DNA of 64,000 nucleotides from Octopus sinensis (GCF_006345805.1 NC_043002.1:103044001-103108000), one strand, 5' to 3'; shown: positions 36,844 through 52,543, numbered from the stretch's first letter. Made by a program: numbers and translations. Notes: generated from the letters alone by a model not told the origin.

Positions 36844-37020
36844 TATATATACACACACACCCCATGTGCATACATACATATATATGCATATATATATATA
36901 TTATATATTATATATATATATATATATATATGTATCTCTCTTTCTTTCTATCTATCTATCTATCTATCTATATATATATATATATATGTATCTCTCTTTC
37001 TTTCTTTCTATCTATCTATC

Positions 37021-37053
<33 letters not shown>

Positions 37054-37641
37054 ATATATTATATATATATAAGCATACACACATGTTTGTGCGCATCTTC
37101 GTATGTGGGTGTCCGTGTTCTCTCAACGCGTGACTAACAAGGTTGTGGAAAATTTTACGTGAAATACACAATAATTGTTTCACAAATTATAACAGCTATG
37201 AAGTCTTAGGTGTGAGCTCTTCCTAAAACATTCATATACCAAAAATACCGATAATCGATAATGTAGTAATACTACTACTACTACTAATAATAATAATAAT
37301 AACAATAGTAATAATAATATCGATGGTAATAAAAATAATAATGATAATATTAATGCTAATGATGATGATGATGATGATGATGAAACCCTATAATCATGTT
37401 AGTAATACAAATCTATTTCTTCAACGCGCATGTTTTCAACCGGTACACGCATCCTCGTGCACGGTGACGCACAGTTTCGGTTATTTATTCAAACTTCGCA
37501 CTTGTAAACAGCCACGTTGCTCAACAAACAGACGACTTATGGTACTTACTGATATTGTTTTATGATAAGTTAAGGAGAGGAAAAATATATTTTTATAATT
37601 GTGATGATGAGATGATCGTCAGGAATAAGTGCTTGATGATA

Positions 37642-37672
<31 letters not shown>

Positions 37673-38164
37673 CAATGGCGATGATAACGCAGGTGACGAC
37701 ACGCGTTCGATGCCGTGCGTTCGTGTAAGACTTGATAAACATTATGTAACAGATGCGTAAATCCTTAGATTTCTATTTCCATATCGTTTCGGAAATACGA
37801 AATTTCCGGGTAACACATGCCAAGGGAAAAATTACTGACATATTATTGTCTGTGCTTCAGCCTTTTATTTTCGCTACATATTTCCCTGTATGGGTGATTG
37901 TCGCAAATTTGGCTAGCGTGAACGGTCCTACACGAAGGATTTGTAGGAAGCTTCCAGGACAGCAGTTCAGCGAGTTCTCTTGCATTTGGTTCTCAGGGTC
38001 ATCATAGATCCTCGGGTTATTTGTTTGGTTAGAATTTGTCCTGGAACAGGAGGACTGTCACAGCATATTAAATACCTTGTGTCCAACGTATGATTTCTTC
38101 GCATTTCGCAGTCTTTTTCATTTTCTTCTCATCTTTTATGGGAATCATATTTCCAATGCTCAAT

Positions 38165-38173
38165 AAGAGTAGT

Positions 38174-38225
<52 letters not shown>

Positions 38226-38315
38226 ATGGTGGTGGTGGTAGTAGTGGTAGTAGTAGTGGTGGTGGTAGTGGTGGTGGTGGTAGTGGTGGTGGTGGTAGTG
38301 GTGGTGGTGGTAGTG

Positions 38316-38351
<36 letters not shown>

Positions 38352-38410
38352 GTAATGACGATGATGATGATAATGACACTAATAATAACACTAATAATAA
38401 TAATGGCTCT
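38165..38410. repeat. Mosaic trinucleotide microsatellite (AGT/GGT/GAT/AAT)
   Basis: Direct inspection. Confidence 0.95.
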
Positions 38411-38440
38411 TTTTATCATAGTCACAATGCCTGAAATTTG

Positions 38441-38585
38441 GGGTAGGGAGAAAGTCGATGACATTGACCCCAGTGTTTCACTGTTACTTAATTTTTTCGA
38501 CCCGAGAGGATGAAAGGCAAAGTCGACATTTTGAATTCAGAACGTAGCGACGGACGAAATACCGTTAAGCATTTCGTTCAACGTG
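38441..38585 (-). mobile_element. Family 2 SINE remnant
   Basis: GGATGAAAGGCAAAGTCGAC...GACGAAATACCG matches family 2. Confidence 0.8.
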
Positions 38586-38586
38586 G

Positions 38587-38643
<57 letters not shown>

Positions 38644-38651
<8 letters not shown>

Positions 38652-39343
38652 ATTAGGGCTTAGTAAAATAAATTACTTTGCCACATACTGAACTTTCTAG
38701 AAATAGCAGCCAAAAAGTTTTTTAGCCATTTCCACTACTTAAAGAAAATTTCTCTCAGATAATGTTTACTCAAAATAACTCACGAAGGTATGGAGGTAAA
38801 AACAGAAAAATATCACAAGTACAAAGATTATTTGAGAACGTTAACGTTTCTAGATTAGCCAAGTAAACTCAGCATTTCTTTCGTCAGCTCAACATTTCTT
38901 ATTCTGGATTTGGAAGTACTAAAAAGAGAGAACATACCCTTTGGCGACTTATCACCTCAGATGACCCGTTCAGACTGCCAGCACTAATCCAGAATAAGAA
39001 ATGTTGAGCTGACGAAAGAAATGCTGAGTTTACTTGGCTAATCTAGAAACGTTAAGTTCTCAAATAATCTTTGTACTTGTGATATTTTTCTGTTTTTACC
39101 TCCATACCTTCGTGAGTTATTTTGAGTAAATATTATCTGAGAGAAATTTCTTTAAGTAGTGGAAATGGCTAAAAAACTTTTTGGGCTGCTATTTCTAGAA
39201 AGTTCAGTATGTGGCAAGTAATTTATTTTACTAAGCCCTAATTATATAATGTAATATTTTGAATTCGCCTTAATGGTCCTTTTACATACTGAATACTTGG
39301 TGAAATTGATTAATAACTAATTAATTTTACCCTCAATTGTTGA
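38644..39343. mobile_element. (TA)n-embedded asymmetric palindromic element (family P1, long form)
   Basis: ~265-nt near-perfect inverted arms 38644-38910 and 38986-39250, 75-nt spacer, and the same ~93-nt tail as 9975-10068. Confidence 0.85.
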
Positions 39344-39420
39344 TATATATATATATATATATTATAGATATATATATATATATATATGTATATATAATTT
39401 GAAACTGACTTATTGGAAGT

Positions 39421-39462
39421 CCACCTGAAGATTGTCGATCAAGACAAGAAACATTGTAGTGG
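39421..39462 (+). ncRNA. Minimal type I hammerhead ribozyme motif
   Basis: CCAC-CTGAAGA-TTGTC GATCAA GACAA-GAAAC-ATT-GTA-GTGG: complete core, 4-bp helix I, 5-bp helix II, 2-bp helix III, GUA triplet. Lies in a repeat (39413-39545) shared with ~57075-57207. Confidence 0.75.
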
Positions 39463-39553
39463 CGGTTTTTTTGACTATTTATTAAAATTTTATGTATTGA
39501 TTAAGTCTTTCCTTGTTTGTTTTGCAAAATAGTGGTTTTGTCTCTAATATATT

Positions 39554-39593
<40 letters not shown>

Positions 39594-40127
39594 ACTATAA
39601 ATACTTCATTATATGCGCTACTAATAGTTTCACGTACATAAGTACGTTCATCAGGCGCTGATTGAACTTTCCATCCAGGAGGTTTCCGTTTAAATAGAAG
39701 ACACGTATGAAGTGATACGCAGGCAAAATGTACCTAATGGAACATTCCACCAAGATGAGCGAATGATTAATAAACCCCACCCCACTTTTTGTCCTTCTTC
39801 TCTATACTTCCTTTCCGAAATAATTTTCTTTTCTGTTACTTCAGGTCTATACTTGCTATTCCAAATAAACCTTATGATATTTGTGTGTGTATATGTGAAT
39901 ATTTTTGGTTTTGCTTGTGTGCTTATGTGTGAATGTAAGTTTGCGCATGCGTGTGCCTATTACATATGACAGTGAAAAGTAGCCAATTGCATATATTTTC
40001 CTTTTGTTAATATGTGTGTATATATAGATATATATCATAGGCAAACGAGACAATTATATACTAAATAGATTTGAAAATCATTTGCTGCTTGCCCCAACAT
40101 TTCAATGCACTGCTTCTAATTCATGTG

Positions 40128-40179
<52 letters not shown>

Positions 40180-40699
40180 TTGTGTGTGTGTTGTGAGTGT
40201 ATGTTTGTGTACTTGGTATATAGAAATATTTTGACAAGCATGAATTCCATACACAGTAGTTTTCTGTATATATGAAATTCTAAAAAAAAAAAAATTAAAC
40301 AAGGTTTAGGGAATAGAGACAATAACAAAATCTAATCAGAAATAATAGTACTATTTGGAAAGGTTTAAACACGAATACACCCATATTAACAAAAGAAAAA
40401 TATATGAAATCGGCTACTTTTCATTGACATATGCAATAAGAGCACGCATGCGCAAATTTACATGCGCAGAAAAGCACACACGCATAACCAACTATATCAC
40501 ACACATACACAGAGAAACATTATAAGGTTTATTTGGTATAGCAAGTATAGACCCCAAGGACCAGATTCCTAAATTAAACGGACGGAATTCATTCAGAGGA
40601 AAACACGCTGCTTGTAAACAGGACAAATTGAATCGGGACTGGGTAAAGCACTGAAAATACAGAGGTGAGTGAAGGTGATGGGGTTGGCAGAAGTAGGCA

Positions 40700-40971
40700 A
40701 TGATGATGATAATAATAATAATATAATAATATAATAATAATAATAATAATAATTTAAATAATAATAATATAATATTCATAATAATAATAATAATAATAAT
40801 AATATTAATAATAATATTAATAATAATAATTTAATAATAGATAGTATAGTACTAATAATAAACATAATAACAATATAATAATAGTAATAATAACAATAAT
40901 AATAATAATAATAATAAATAATAAAATAATAATGATAATAATAATAATCATAATAACAATAATAATAATAT

Positions 40972-41012
<41 letters not shown>

Positions 41013-41015
41013 ATG
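40700..41015. repeat. (AAT)n then (AGT)n microsatellite
   Basis: Direct inspection. Confidence 0.95.
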
Positions 41016-41211
41016 GAGATGATGGCCTTGGACATGAAGTATATCTAAGAAACGATAGATTTTTACAGTTCAGAAAATGTTTAAATACTCTCGATGATTG
41101 TGCAAGGAGTGTTATTGAACTGGGAAAGCTTTCAGTTAGCCGCAAACGCAAGTGAAAACACACGCGCGAATCACACACACACACACAAAAGTGTGAAAGA
41201 GCGAGAGAGTC

Positions 41212-41254
<43 letters not shown>

Positions 41255-42276
41255 CCCATATATACAACACATATATATGCATATACATACATAGATGTAT
41301 ATGTGCACAAGTACACACCCTCAAACACATCTATAAGCACACCATATATATAATATATATTATATATATATAATATAATAAAATATATAATATATATATA
41401 TATGTATGTATGTACGTATGTATGTATGAATGTATGAATGTATGTATGTAAAGACAAAGGGAGAGCGGGCAGAAGCAATAGATTGACTGATGATAGATGT
41501 TTGTGTGAATCAATTAAATTCTCTCTCTCTCCTCTCTCACTCTCTCTCCCTGTCTATCACTCTATCTCAGTATGAATGAGGCTTACTATTTATGTTTTTT
41601 TATATGTCTGCTTCTATTGTATCAATTCAGTTACATAATAATTTTACCACATATGCTTTAAAATGTTTTTTCTTGAATATATTTTATTCTGTCAAAGCGT
41701 GCTAAATCGATAACACATTCATCTCCAAACTATATCAATTGAAATGCAATCCCCTTGTGATTATCTGTGTACTCTCCACTTTCACATAAGTTATCGCGTA
41801 TCTCTTTCCTCCCACCCTCATCATTGCTTTGACGTATCGCATACAGCTTAAGGTAGTGGTAGCAAGCTACGTTTTACACCATTTATATGCTTCAGTTGAT
41901 TCTAATAACGTCGCCATTTCCATATTTTTACAGCCCTCTCAATGCCTTTTTACTGAACAGTCAGTTTTATCCATATTCATGATGAATAATACTTTTTTTT
42001 TTGTTTTCTTTCCTATTAAAAGGACAGACATTTATATCGTGGATTTGTTAACTTTTACTTATTCATTTCCGTTTATATTAAATACAGCATAGATCTATTC
42101 ACCTCTCCGTACTCTCCACAGTCGTGTATGCAATGTGACATGTTTCAGCGTTATATTTATGCAATAAATCGGCCAACCGGACAAGATCAAAGTCATTGCA
42201 CAGAGCAGGAACATGCAGAGATCGTGTCTTTTGATTTTTGCGTTCAATCGCTTAATATAATGTGTGTGAATGTGAG

Positions 42277-42326
<50 letters not shown>

Positions 42327-42373
42327 GTGTGTGTGTGTGTTGTGTGTGTGGTGTGTGTGTAGCATGTAAGTAT

Positions 42374-42404
<31 letters not shown>

Positions 42405-43899
42405 GATAGATAGATATAGATATAGGTATATTGTGTGTGAGAGTATGTAAGAATATATACATATAGATATGAGTGTGTTGTAAGTATGTATACATACATA
42501 TATATGTGTGTGTGTGTGTGTATGTCTATGGGTGTGGATTTATATGAGTGTGCTTTTGTTTGCATGTATGATTATATAAATACACTCACCCACCGCTACT
42601 TATATATAAAGTGCATAAGAGAAAAAAGCGCCATATATATTTATATATACAGATTTGTATTTATACAAATACTTTTGGGAGTAGTGTATGCAGTACATCA
42701 TATGTAGTTTTTTTACGATAAACATTCAATGTTAATTCCATGGCAGGCATTGCCACGAATGTGACAAGGATTTGAACTAAGTAATCTTTCCTCAAATACT
42801 TCTTTTGCTACTTCCTTTCACATTTTTACACAAATCACCTTCCGCCAAATCTGAATTTCTTAAGGGGTACGAAAACTAAAAACTAATGGTTAATTAAACC
42901 ATTTGTGGGATTCTTTGCAATAAGGTTTATTGGATCTTAGTCAGAAATAATTATTTAATTCATGAAGTAGCAAGAAGGTAACTATTGTATAGTAATTGGA
43001 ATCAATCCTATTTTTTTATATAAATTTGATCATGAATATATTATCAAATATCAAAATACTTTAAAATATACGCGTCACTCATTTTACCACCCCGAAATTA
43101 GATGAACGTAGAAACTGGTTTTCAATTCCTGCTGTAACTTTACGAATTGCAGCTAATTGAAAATTATACACTAGTATTCCAGTCCTCTTTACCTGGCCTA
43201 CGCATCTTGGAAAGTTCTGTGATGCACTTTTATAGGCACGGCAGCAATTTTCCGGAAAATTTGGCTCCAAAATCTGTTCAGGATTACTGATTCTGCCAAA
43301 CAAGAAGTATTCCTCATGATAAACACATTCGAAACTAAACGAAAAAAAAATGAAATACAGGTACACGTAATTTAGTGCACTGCAACGCGGATTATAAGAT
43401 ATCCCTAAACTTCAATGTCCGGAAAGTTGGTGGGTTATATGTGTTTCTTATAGCTGTCTATTTTACAACACAAATAGCTCTCGAACTATTGGTTGTTAAA
43501 TCTGGTTGATGGCTGTTAGATTATATCTCACTATTCATGACTGATCTAGGAAAAGATACTATCAACTGTACTGCTGCCTAGTATCAATATATTAACGCCT
43601 TGTTCAACACCTCTTGAATCGCTAATACACTTGAAAACTCGTGCTCTGTGATTATTTGTCTTACGCAACATAAACTTGGCGTTGACCTCTTAGTAACAGC
43701 CAAACACCTCGGGCTGAATTTCAAGCAGGTGCTGAATGCAATACCGTTATTAAAAAATTACTCAGAATTAAATATAGGAGGGCACCAGAACTCCCAGCAT
43801 GGATTCTTCTTATCTATGAGAGAAATATAGTGACGTACTCATCTCAAACATTGCCACAGATTTATATATTTGAAGGAAAGAGTTTTTTCTATTGATTCC

Positions 43900-44080
43900 A
43901 TCTCGGTATATGATTGGATCCGAGGAATTAGCTATGAAAGATCTACACAATTGATCGTCATGCTACAAATAGTAGAAAGTGTTCCATACACGATGCGATA
44001 AAGTATATTATCTGCATTTGACACTACTTACGTCGGAAACTGGCTTTAGAAAGCAAGAAATACGTCACCACTCACATTGT
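43900..44080 (+). mobile_element. Possible decayed hAT (Buster/Charlie-like) C-terminal remnant
   Basis: LSAFDTTY then, after a frameshift, SETGF, resembling PFxTTYLCETGFS. Confidence 0.3.
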
Positions 44081-44837
44081 CTGCTTGATGAAATTTTAAT
44101 TTCATTTGCACTCAGGAACTGGGATTGAAAGACAAAGCCTTGAGATTTATAGAATGTTCAAGACTACAGTTTGAGTTATTGGGTAAAACATTCTATAAAT
44201 TATCTCTGTAGATGGTGCAGTATCTGAATCGTTATTGCTTTGCTATTGGTAAGGGAAGCTAAGTCAATCCTAAGGGACAAAAAAGACTGTTGCTGTTGCT
44301 TCATGCAAACTTTAACCAAACTTCAACTGAAACTCAGCAGACAGAGTATCGATATTTTCGTTAGTATTCACTAAGCAAAGAGTGGATCTGATAATATCTC
44401 GTAGAGTGATATCTAGCGTTAGCCGTCCAACTAGAACATAAGTGTTTCCGGTGTCTAGGATGATGGCAAGCCATATGTTGTCCCAAATAATGTGACAGTT
44501 GTTGCCTGGAATCAGGTCAAGCTGCACAGTGTTGCTTTTATTATTTGTATCGAGACATCTAATGGAGAAAACCTTGCATTGTTGTTGATGATTGTGACAT
44601 TTAGATTGAGCTCAGAATCAAATATATGATTGAATGCATTTCAGCCTTGAAAATTTCGTCATTTTCCTTAAAATGAAATATCTAGATATGCCTCCGCCAA
44701 TTTGACTTTCTCTTTGTTAAACCAGTAACAAATAATCGAAGAGTAACTTCACTAGTATGTGTAACAAGTTAACCCACTACCTAGAAATTATATATATATA
44801 TTATATGCATGCATATATACATACATACATACACACT

Positions 44838-45862
<1,025 letters not shown>

Positions 45863-48317
45863 TATATATATATATATATATATATATGAATAGTTAATTA
45901 CTACTGTCTCATTAAACTCGATGAACATTGGAAATGTCGATGTTTAACATATTCCCCACCAATACGAGGATATAAAATCCTGATAAATATGTAGACGATG
46001 AACTTTAACCAATTTCAATATCTTTCATTTGTAAAATGAGTAAATTTTCTTTCCTTGAACTTTTCATCATGTGCTTGTCTAACATGTTTTCAATGTTTCT
46101 CTATTGAAACTATATTTTCCTTGTGGTCATATTTTAAAAATACAAGTACAAATGGTTTTTTTTTTTTGAAGTCCTTTAAGCTACGTTTTATTTTTTTTGT
46201 TGAATGCTGTAATTTAGAGAATATTAGATGATTATGAATGTGGCAGAATTAGGATTTTCATAGAGGTCCTTTACTTCCTATGCCACTGCATATAGGTGAC
46301 TCAGGTAAAATTAATTTAAAAGATTGACATTTAAGGAGTGGCAACAGAGGGGAAGTCAAAAATAGCTGTGCAGTCATAATATTGAAGAGAACAGATGAAA
46401 ATTCGAAGCGACATAAAAAGGAAAGAACACCCTACTTATTTTATCAGGCGATATATATGGATAATATACTAAAATATCTATTTAAAATATCACTTTCATA
46501 TAGCTTTCAAGAATATATTTTCACTTTTAAAGAAGTAGAATTCTTAACTAAGTATTTAGCAACTTATTGCTGACGATGCATGAAGTTGTTGTGGTTATTG
46601 TTGTTGTTGTGGTCGTGAAATTGTATTGAAATTCGCTCTTAGATAATAAATATGAAATCCTTTACGCCGTTACGACAATATTTCTTTTCATAAACATGGT
46701 TTAATTAAAGAATATATCAACCAGAGTAATATAACACATTCTTAAAATAACGTCTAATGTCGATTGAGGGCGAAGGAACTTTCTATTTCTAGTAGATCGA
46801 ACGATCACAGAGATATTCCTCGCGTTGATGTCGTAGGCTGGTTGCTACTCAACACCAATATTTGTTGTCATTGCGTTAAAGAAATATAGACTTTTCATTA
46901 TGATATATTTAATTTGTACCGGGAAATATATTTACGAAGTCTTTGAATCAATAAGTACTGACGGTTTGTTCTCTCACTACAACAAAGACATTTGAAGAAC
47001 GACGAAAGAAAATAACATTAATATATATAAAATAAGTGACAATAATTTCGTAATGATACAAGCTGACTTCAAAGGTTGTGAATCGTAAGAAATGCTTAAT
47101 GTTTTTTAAGTAATTAATATCTGAAGAACTAGAGTGTTTCTATGCATGTGGAAGTGTATAGTGTGTAAGTTTCAATACATCAATATTGATTTATTTATAT
47201 TTCTACATCCTTTTCTTGTTCATTGTATCAGTCGAAGGATGCATGTGCACATATATGTGTGTACAGTTCTACGAATACATTCGTTTCTATGTAAGGATAG
47301 AAACTTGTATGATTTTGTGTACGTATGAAAGGAGAAATCTATATAGCTGTCGTTTATTTCGTCTCTTTCTCTGTAACTCGTTTTGTTTGTCTGTATGTTC
47401 GTGAGCATATATATATATGTGTGCGTGTGTTTTCTGTGTGAATCATGTATGTATGTGTGCATTAATTTCAATTTAATTGTATAATCATCAATCAATTTAT
47501 TTCCTTATACTACTTTCTGTATAAATATATATGGATATATGTATGTATAATACAATTTCTCAACCTACTCATTCTTCCGCGCTCAATCTGCTGATAAAAT
47601 ACAGAGCCTTCTACCACACGTTCACACACACACACATGCACACACACCTATAGCTAGAGATATGGATTGGAGAACTTTTGTTTTTGAAAGAAAGTAAAAA
47701 TTATTCAAACATAAAGTTGAATTTACTATTAAAATTTGAAACCATTTGATTTTAATTCCTCACAATTTCATGTAAAGAATCGCTCATTTAACGTTTATGT
47801 CATGAATGTATGAATTTGTGCGGATGTGTGCTGGCGTGCATGAGTGTGTGAGGGTAATCCTACGTAGTAGATATACAAACTGGGAAAATTTAGCTATGTC
47901 TTCTATATTGCAAGAAATAACGACTAGCTTTAATCGATTTCCGAACCTCATTGGCTTTTCGTCAGAGGCGTGTGACTAACTTATCTGTTTTGAACAAAAA
48001 AAAAAAAAGGAAAAAAAACAAAAAATACTAGTAATAGTACGGCGAGCGAAAATCTATAAATCAGAACATTCCAAATGCTGTGAGTTAGTAAAACTGCGAG
48101 TTAGTAAAAGGTACGAGTTAGTAAAAACCCTATTGCCAAAATATCTCCAGCTTACACTTTTCAGTGATGGCCTGCCTCATGGTGCACACTTAGGCTACTT
48201 TCTTACTATTATTTTGAAAACTTTCTGCTCCTAATTATCGTGTTTCATCCCGGATGTCATTAGTTCTTTTATTCATCTGCACAGAACATACGGAAATAAT
48301 TTTTGGTTGTATTTAAG

Positions 48318-48650
48318 TTGGTAACACTTAATGAAAATATTCTACATCGTGTATGAAAAGCAGCAATGAAATATTGGAGTGAAAAACTTTAAGAGGTTAT
48401 ATCTATATCATGTTTCATGGACTTCATTTTTCTTTTCTTTTGAGAATAATACATTCACTTGCAACTGGAAAAACGTCTGTGAAAATCCAGGTGTAACAAT
48501 GGGAACAATATTTGCTCTAGTATATGCAAATACTTTGAAGGTATATTTGTAACAATCCTAACACGTAGTATAAAAAGATTAGTGTACTGATTTAGATGAT
48601 ATCTAGAGGACATATGGACTAGATTTCATGATGAATCTGTTTCAGCTTGG
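48318..48650 (+). pseudogene. Penelope-like RT remnant
   Basis: LVTLNENILH...AAMKYW; ENNTFTCN...GVTMGTIFALVYAN; WTRFHDESVSAW. These correspond to PLE RT motifs (NxFxFN..GxAMG..AP.YAN; WxRYIDDxFxxW). Confidence 0.75.
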
Positions 48651-49139
48651 AAAAATATGTTGAGGTTTTACATGAACTCACTATTCTAATGAACAATTTA
48701 TCTGAAAGTATGACAAAATATGGAAAGGTGAGACACAAACACACAAGTACACAAACACACACAATACACGCGCTTATATTCTAGGTGAGGGAGCGCGATA
48801 TAAAATTCCCACCCCCTATTCCGAAAACATCTTCCCGCTATGAAAATTTTTCCCTTCCCTCCCCATTCCAGTCACCATAGTAATTTTCCTTTATAAATAT
48901 AAAACTGTGAAAGTAAATGATTCTCTGGCCGAAGTTGGCCAGGGGGCCGTGAAATTACGGAAATTTGGATCCATGGCTTATACTTTTTCTTTAAATGATA
49001 AATTCATGCGCATATCACCTGATAGAAACGGTTCTTTTCACACTATATATTAGTGTATTCATCAATAATGAAACATGTCTAAAACAGCTGTGGTGAAGAC
49101 TCACTCTCAATCAGTTGTTATTTGTTTGATATATATATA

Positions 49140-49181
<42 letters not shown>

Positions 49182-49265
49182 ATGTGCGTACATCTATATA
49201 TATATAGAGAGAGAGAGAGAAAGAGAGGGAGAGAGAGATAGAGATAGATAGATAGATAGATAGAT

Positions 49266-49298
<33 letters not shown>

Positions 49299-49630
49299 TT
49301 CTATAACAGTAAATGTAAGGACAAGCAAGTTAGGCAAGTCGATATACAAAAAAATATTAAATACCTTTAATAAGTAAAATATGTATATATGTATACATAA
49401 AAAAATTCAACTTACACAGAATAGAAAGGATATCAGAATTTAAAGAGGGTTGCACAAGAGTTTTAGTCATCTAAATACTATTTTCTGGGGTGTGGTGGTC
49501 CACAATAATGCTTATAACTTGATTCCATCATCAGATACCACCAGCCTCCGTCTTTAGGGAAGAATTTATCTATCTATCTCCTATTCTATCTATCTATTTA
49601 TCTCTTCATCTAACACATCTACCTATATAT

Positions 49631-49662
<32 letters not shown>

Positions 49663-49696
49663 ATATATATATATATATATATAATGTATTAATATA

Positions 49697-49744
<48 letters not shown>

Positions 49745-50305
49745 TATATATATATAATATGATATATTATATGTGCATATATATATACATATATATATAT
49801 ATATAATATATATATATATATATTATATAGTCATAAATGACATATGTTGATTAACATAAATTTAACAATAAGAAAGATTTCAATATCAGGACAAATTGTT
49901 TCGTAACTAAAAAAATCAGTCTAACAATTTTTATTATATTTAATAATAAATTGATAAATAAATACGTCTGTATTTACATGTCTGCAAATAGAAATATAAA
50001 AAAAAATCTTCAATCAAAATAATTAATTACAGTTTGCATAAATGCTGACATGTAGGTAATTAAATTTTTTCTTTAGATGTCATAATATAAATTGTCAACA
50101 CGTTTGAGATATTACAGTGGTTCTTATAGTGAAATAAAAGTTCAGAAAAATGTTTTAGTCATTTGTGCAATTATAAACTGCTCATCCTTTTCTTTTGAAC
50201 GTTGCTATACATTTTCATCTGGTCTGTACAATGATACATTCAGGAGATATTTATGAGTACTACCGGATTACGGGATTCCATATATTTAACTTAAATAAAT
50301 ATATA

Positions 50306-50341
<36 letters not shown>

Positions 50342-50367
50342 CTATATATATATAATATATATATATA

Positions 50368-50560
50368 ATAGGGAGAGTTTACGAAAAAAACAAAAGACGA
50401 AGACAGGTGGTTACAAAACAGATGTATTAGTATAACGCTCAGGAATAGAAAAATCTTTACGTTTCGACCTACGCTCTTCAACAGAAAGGGACACAGAAAA
50501 AAACAAGGAGGAAAAAATGTGTGTAGTGCTACGATCTATCATGGCGACCACAATAATATA
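50368..50560 (-). mobile_element. Penelope pLTR-like element with HHR-like motif (CTGTTGA variant)
   Basis: Minus strand CCCTTT-CTGTTGA-AGAGCGTAGGTC-GAAAC-GTA-AAG (~50455-50488); near-identical to 63075-63245. Confidence 0.6.
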
Positions 50561-50643
50561 TATATATATATTGTGTTGTGTGGTAATAAGTATATATATA
50601 TACATATATATATATATATTATATATATATGTGTTGTGTTAAG

Positions 50644-50676
<33 letters not shown>

Positions 50677-50744
50677 TATATAATAATATATTATATATAA
50701 TATTATATATATTTATGTATATATATATATATTATATATATATA

Positions 50745-51270
50745 TATAGGGAGAATTCACAAAAAAAAAATAAAAGATGAAGTCAGATGGTATATACAGC
50801 AAACACTCTCAGGAAGTGAAAAAGTCTTTAACGATTCGAGCTTGCGCTCTTCTAAAGAAACAGGGAGAGAAAATAAAGAATGTCTTGTAGCTAGAGATCT
50901 AAGACGCGGGTTTTGCCTATGTCGGCGGTAGGTAGTCCACTTCCACATTACAAATTTCAGGATTAAGATGGAATTTATTAAAAATGATTTTAAAATTTAT
51001 TTAAAGAAATGCTCTTGACCCCATACAGAAGATAAACTGATTTTACTTCAAATTTAAAAAAATTTTTATTGATACTTGATAAGAGGAGATTCATCGAAAC
51101 CCGTAATATTTTCTTTACATTATTTCTTTACATGATTTTAAAATCATTTTTATTAAATTTCCTCTTAAATTGATGTGAGTTAGCCTTTCTTCTGTGCTAT
51201 ATCCATCTCTATTTTTATGTATGATATCTTTATTTGTATAGATCTCTAGTTTTTTTCTAACTATATGTAT
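50745..51270 (-). mobile_element. Older copy of the same pLTR-like family with upstream AT-rich sequence (possible ORF 3' remnant)
   Basis: Degenerate AGAAGAGCGCAAGCTCGAATCGTTAAAGAC; terminus GAATTCTCCCTATATA matches the family end AACTCTCCCTATATA. Confidence 0.45.
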
Positions 51271-51298
51271 GTATGTATGCATATATATATAATACATA

Positions 51299-51342
<44 letters not shown>

Positions 51343-51352
51343 CATTATACAT

Positions 51353-51389
<37 letters not shown>

Positions 51390-52009
51390 CGCACACGGAT
51401 AAATGTCTCAGTGCATGTGTGTATTTGTGTTTCTCCGCAACACTTGGCAACCGTTGTCGGTTTTACTTACTACCGCGCCACTTAGCAGTTCAGCAAAGGC
51501 GAGGAATAATTACTTGTGACAATTTCTATTATGCCCTTAAATGTCGTGTCCGAGCATTGCCACAGTTAATTGACTGAAACCTGCAAACAATTACAGATAA
51601 AATTATACGAACTCTTGTTGAAATTAAGAATTTTTTCTTTATAACCAGTATATCTATTTGAAACAAATATACGATACATTAGCATTAATGCCTTTTACAA
51701 CTTCTTTATACTAATGAGATATTTGGGCGAAGTAAAATTGGGAAAGCAGACATCGTGCGGGTACGCCACGTTCATATACCTGCGATCCGAATTTAAGTTC
51801 CTATTTTAAATAATGATACAATATCGTTACAAATAATTAAGTGACTGACAATTTAAATCTAACAAACGCGCAATAACTACGGATTACCATTCGAGATGTC
51901 TTCCGATGTCCATACGTTTTCATACGACAGAATTTGGTATACGTTTACTGGCTAAAATCGTGATGACGCAATCGTCAGTTTGATCAGTTTGATATCTTAT
52001 CTTTTATTT

Positions 52010-52137
52010 TTCATTTCTTTCAGTCATTGGACAGCAACCAGATTGGGCACCGCCTTGGGTTGTTTCGACGAACAAACAGACCCAATGCTCATTTCTATCG
52101 AATAAGTATTCAGTTGGTCTCTCTTGGTAAACAATCC
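52010..52137 (-). mobile_element. Old family 1-like SINE tail
   Basis: AAGGCGGTGCCC...CAATGACTGAAAGAAATGAAAAATAAAAG. Confidence 0.6.
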
Positions 52138-52543
52138 TATTTCTTTAGTATCCACAAGGGAGTATCCACACAGAGGAAACAAACAAGGACAGACAGACCA
52201 ATTAAGACGATTATATCGACCCCAGTTCCTAACTGGTACTTATTTAATCGATCCCGAAAGGATGAAAGACAATGTCGACCTCGGCGGAATTTGAACTCAG
52301 AACGTAACGGCAGACGAAATACCTATTTCCTTACTACCCACAATGGGCTAAACACAGAGCAGACAAACAAGGACAGACAGACGAATTAAATCGATTATAT
52401 CGACCCCAGTGCGTAACTGGTACTTAATTTATCGACCCCGAAAGGATGAAAGGCAAAGTCTACCTCGGTGGAATTTGAATTCAGAACGTAACGGCAGACG
52501 AAATACCGCTAAGCACTTCGCCCGGCGTGGTAGCGTTTCTGCC
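52138..52543 (-). mobile_element. Tandem pair of family 2 SINE units
   Basis: Headed unit 52324-52543, then a headless unit 52138-52323 restarting at GGTATTTCGTCTGCC. Confidence 0.9.

Noticed and set aside
37932-38040. Possible minus-strand exon (NPRIYDDPENQ)
   Set aside because: Acceptor is plausible but the donor is weak and there is no recognisable homology or partner exon.
39005-39030. CTGACGA-AA-GAAA in the P1 arm as an HHR
   Set aside because: No helix II and no NUH with a matching helix I.
48082-48126. Three GAGTTAGTAAAA motifs with 4-5-nt spacers
   Set aside because: Too short and AT-rich; consistent with slippage.
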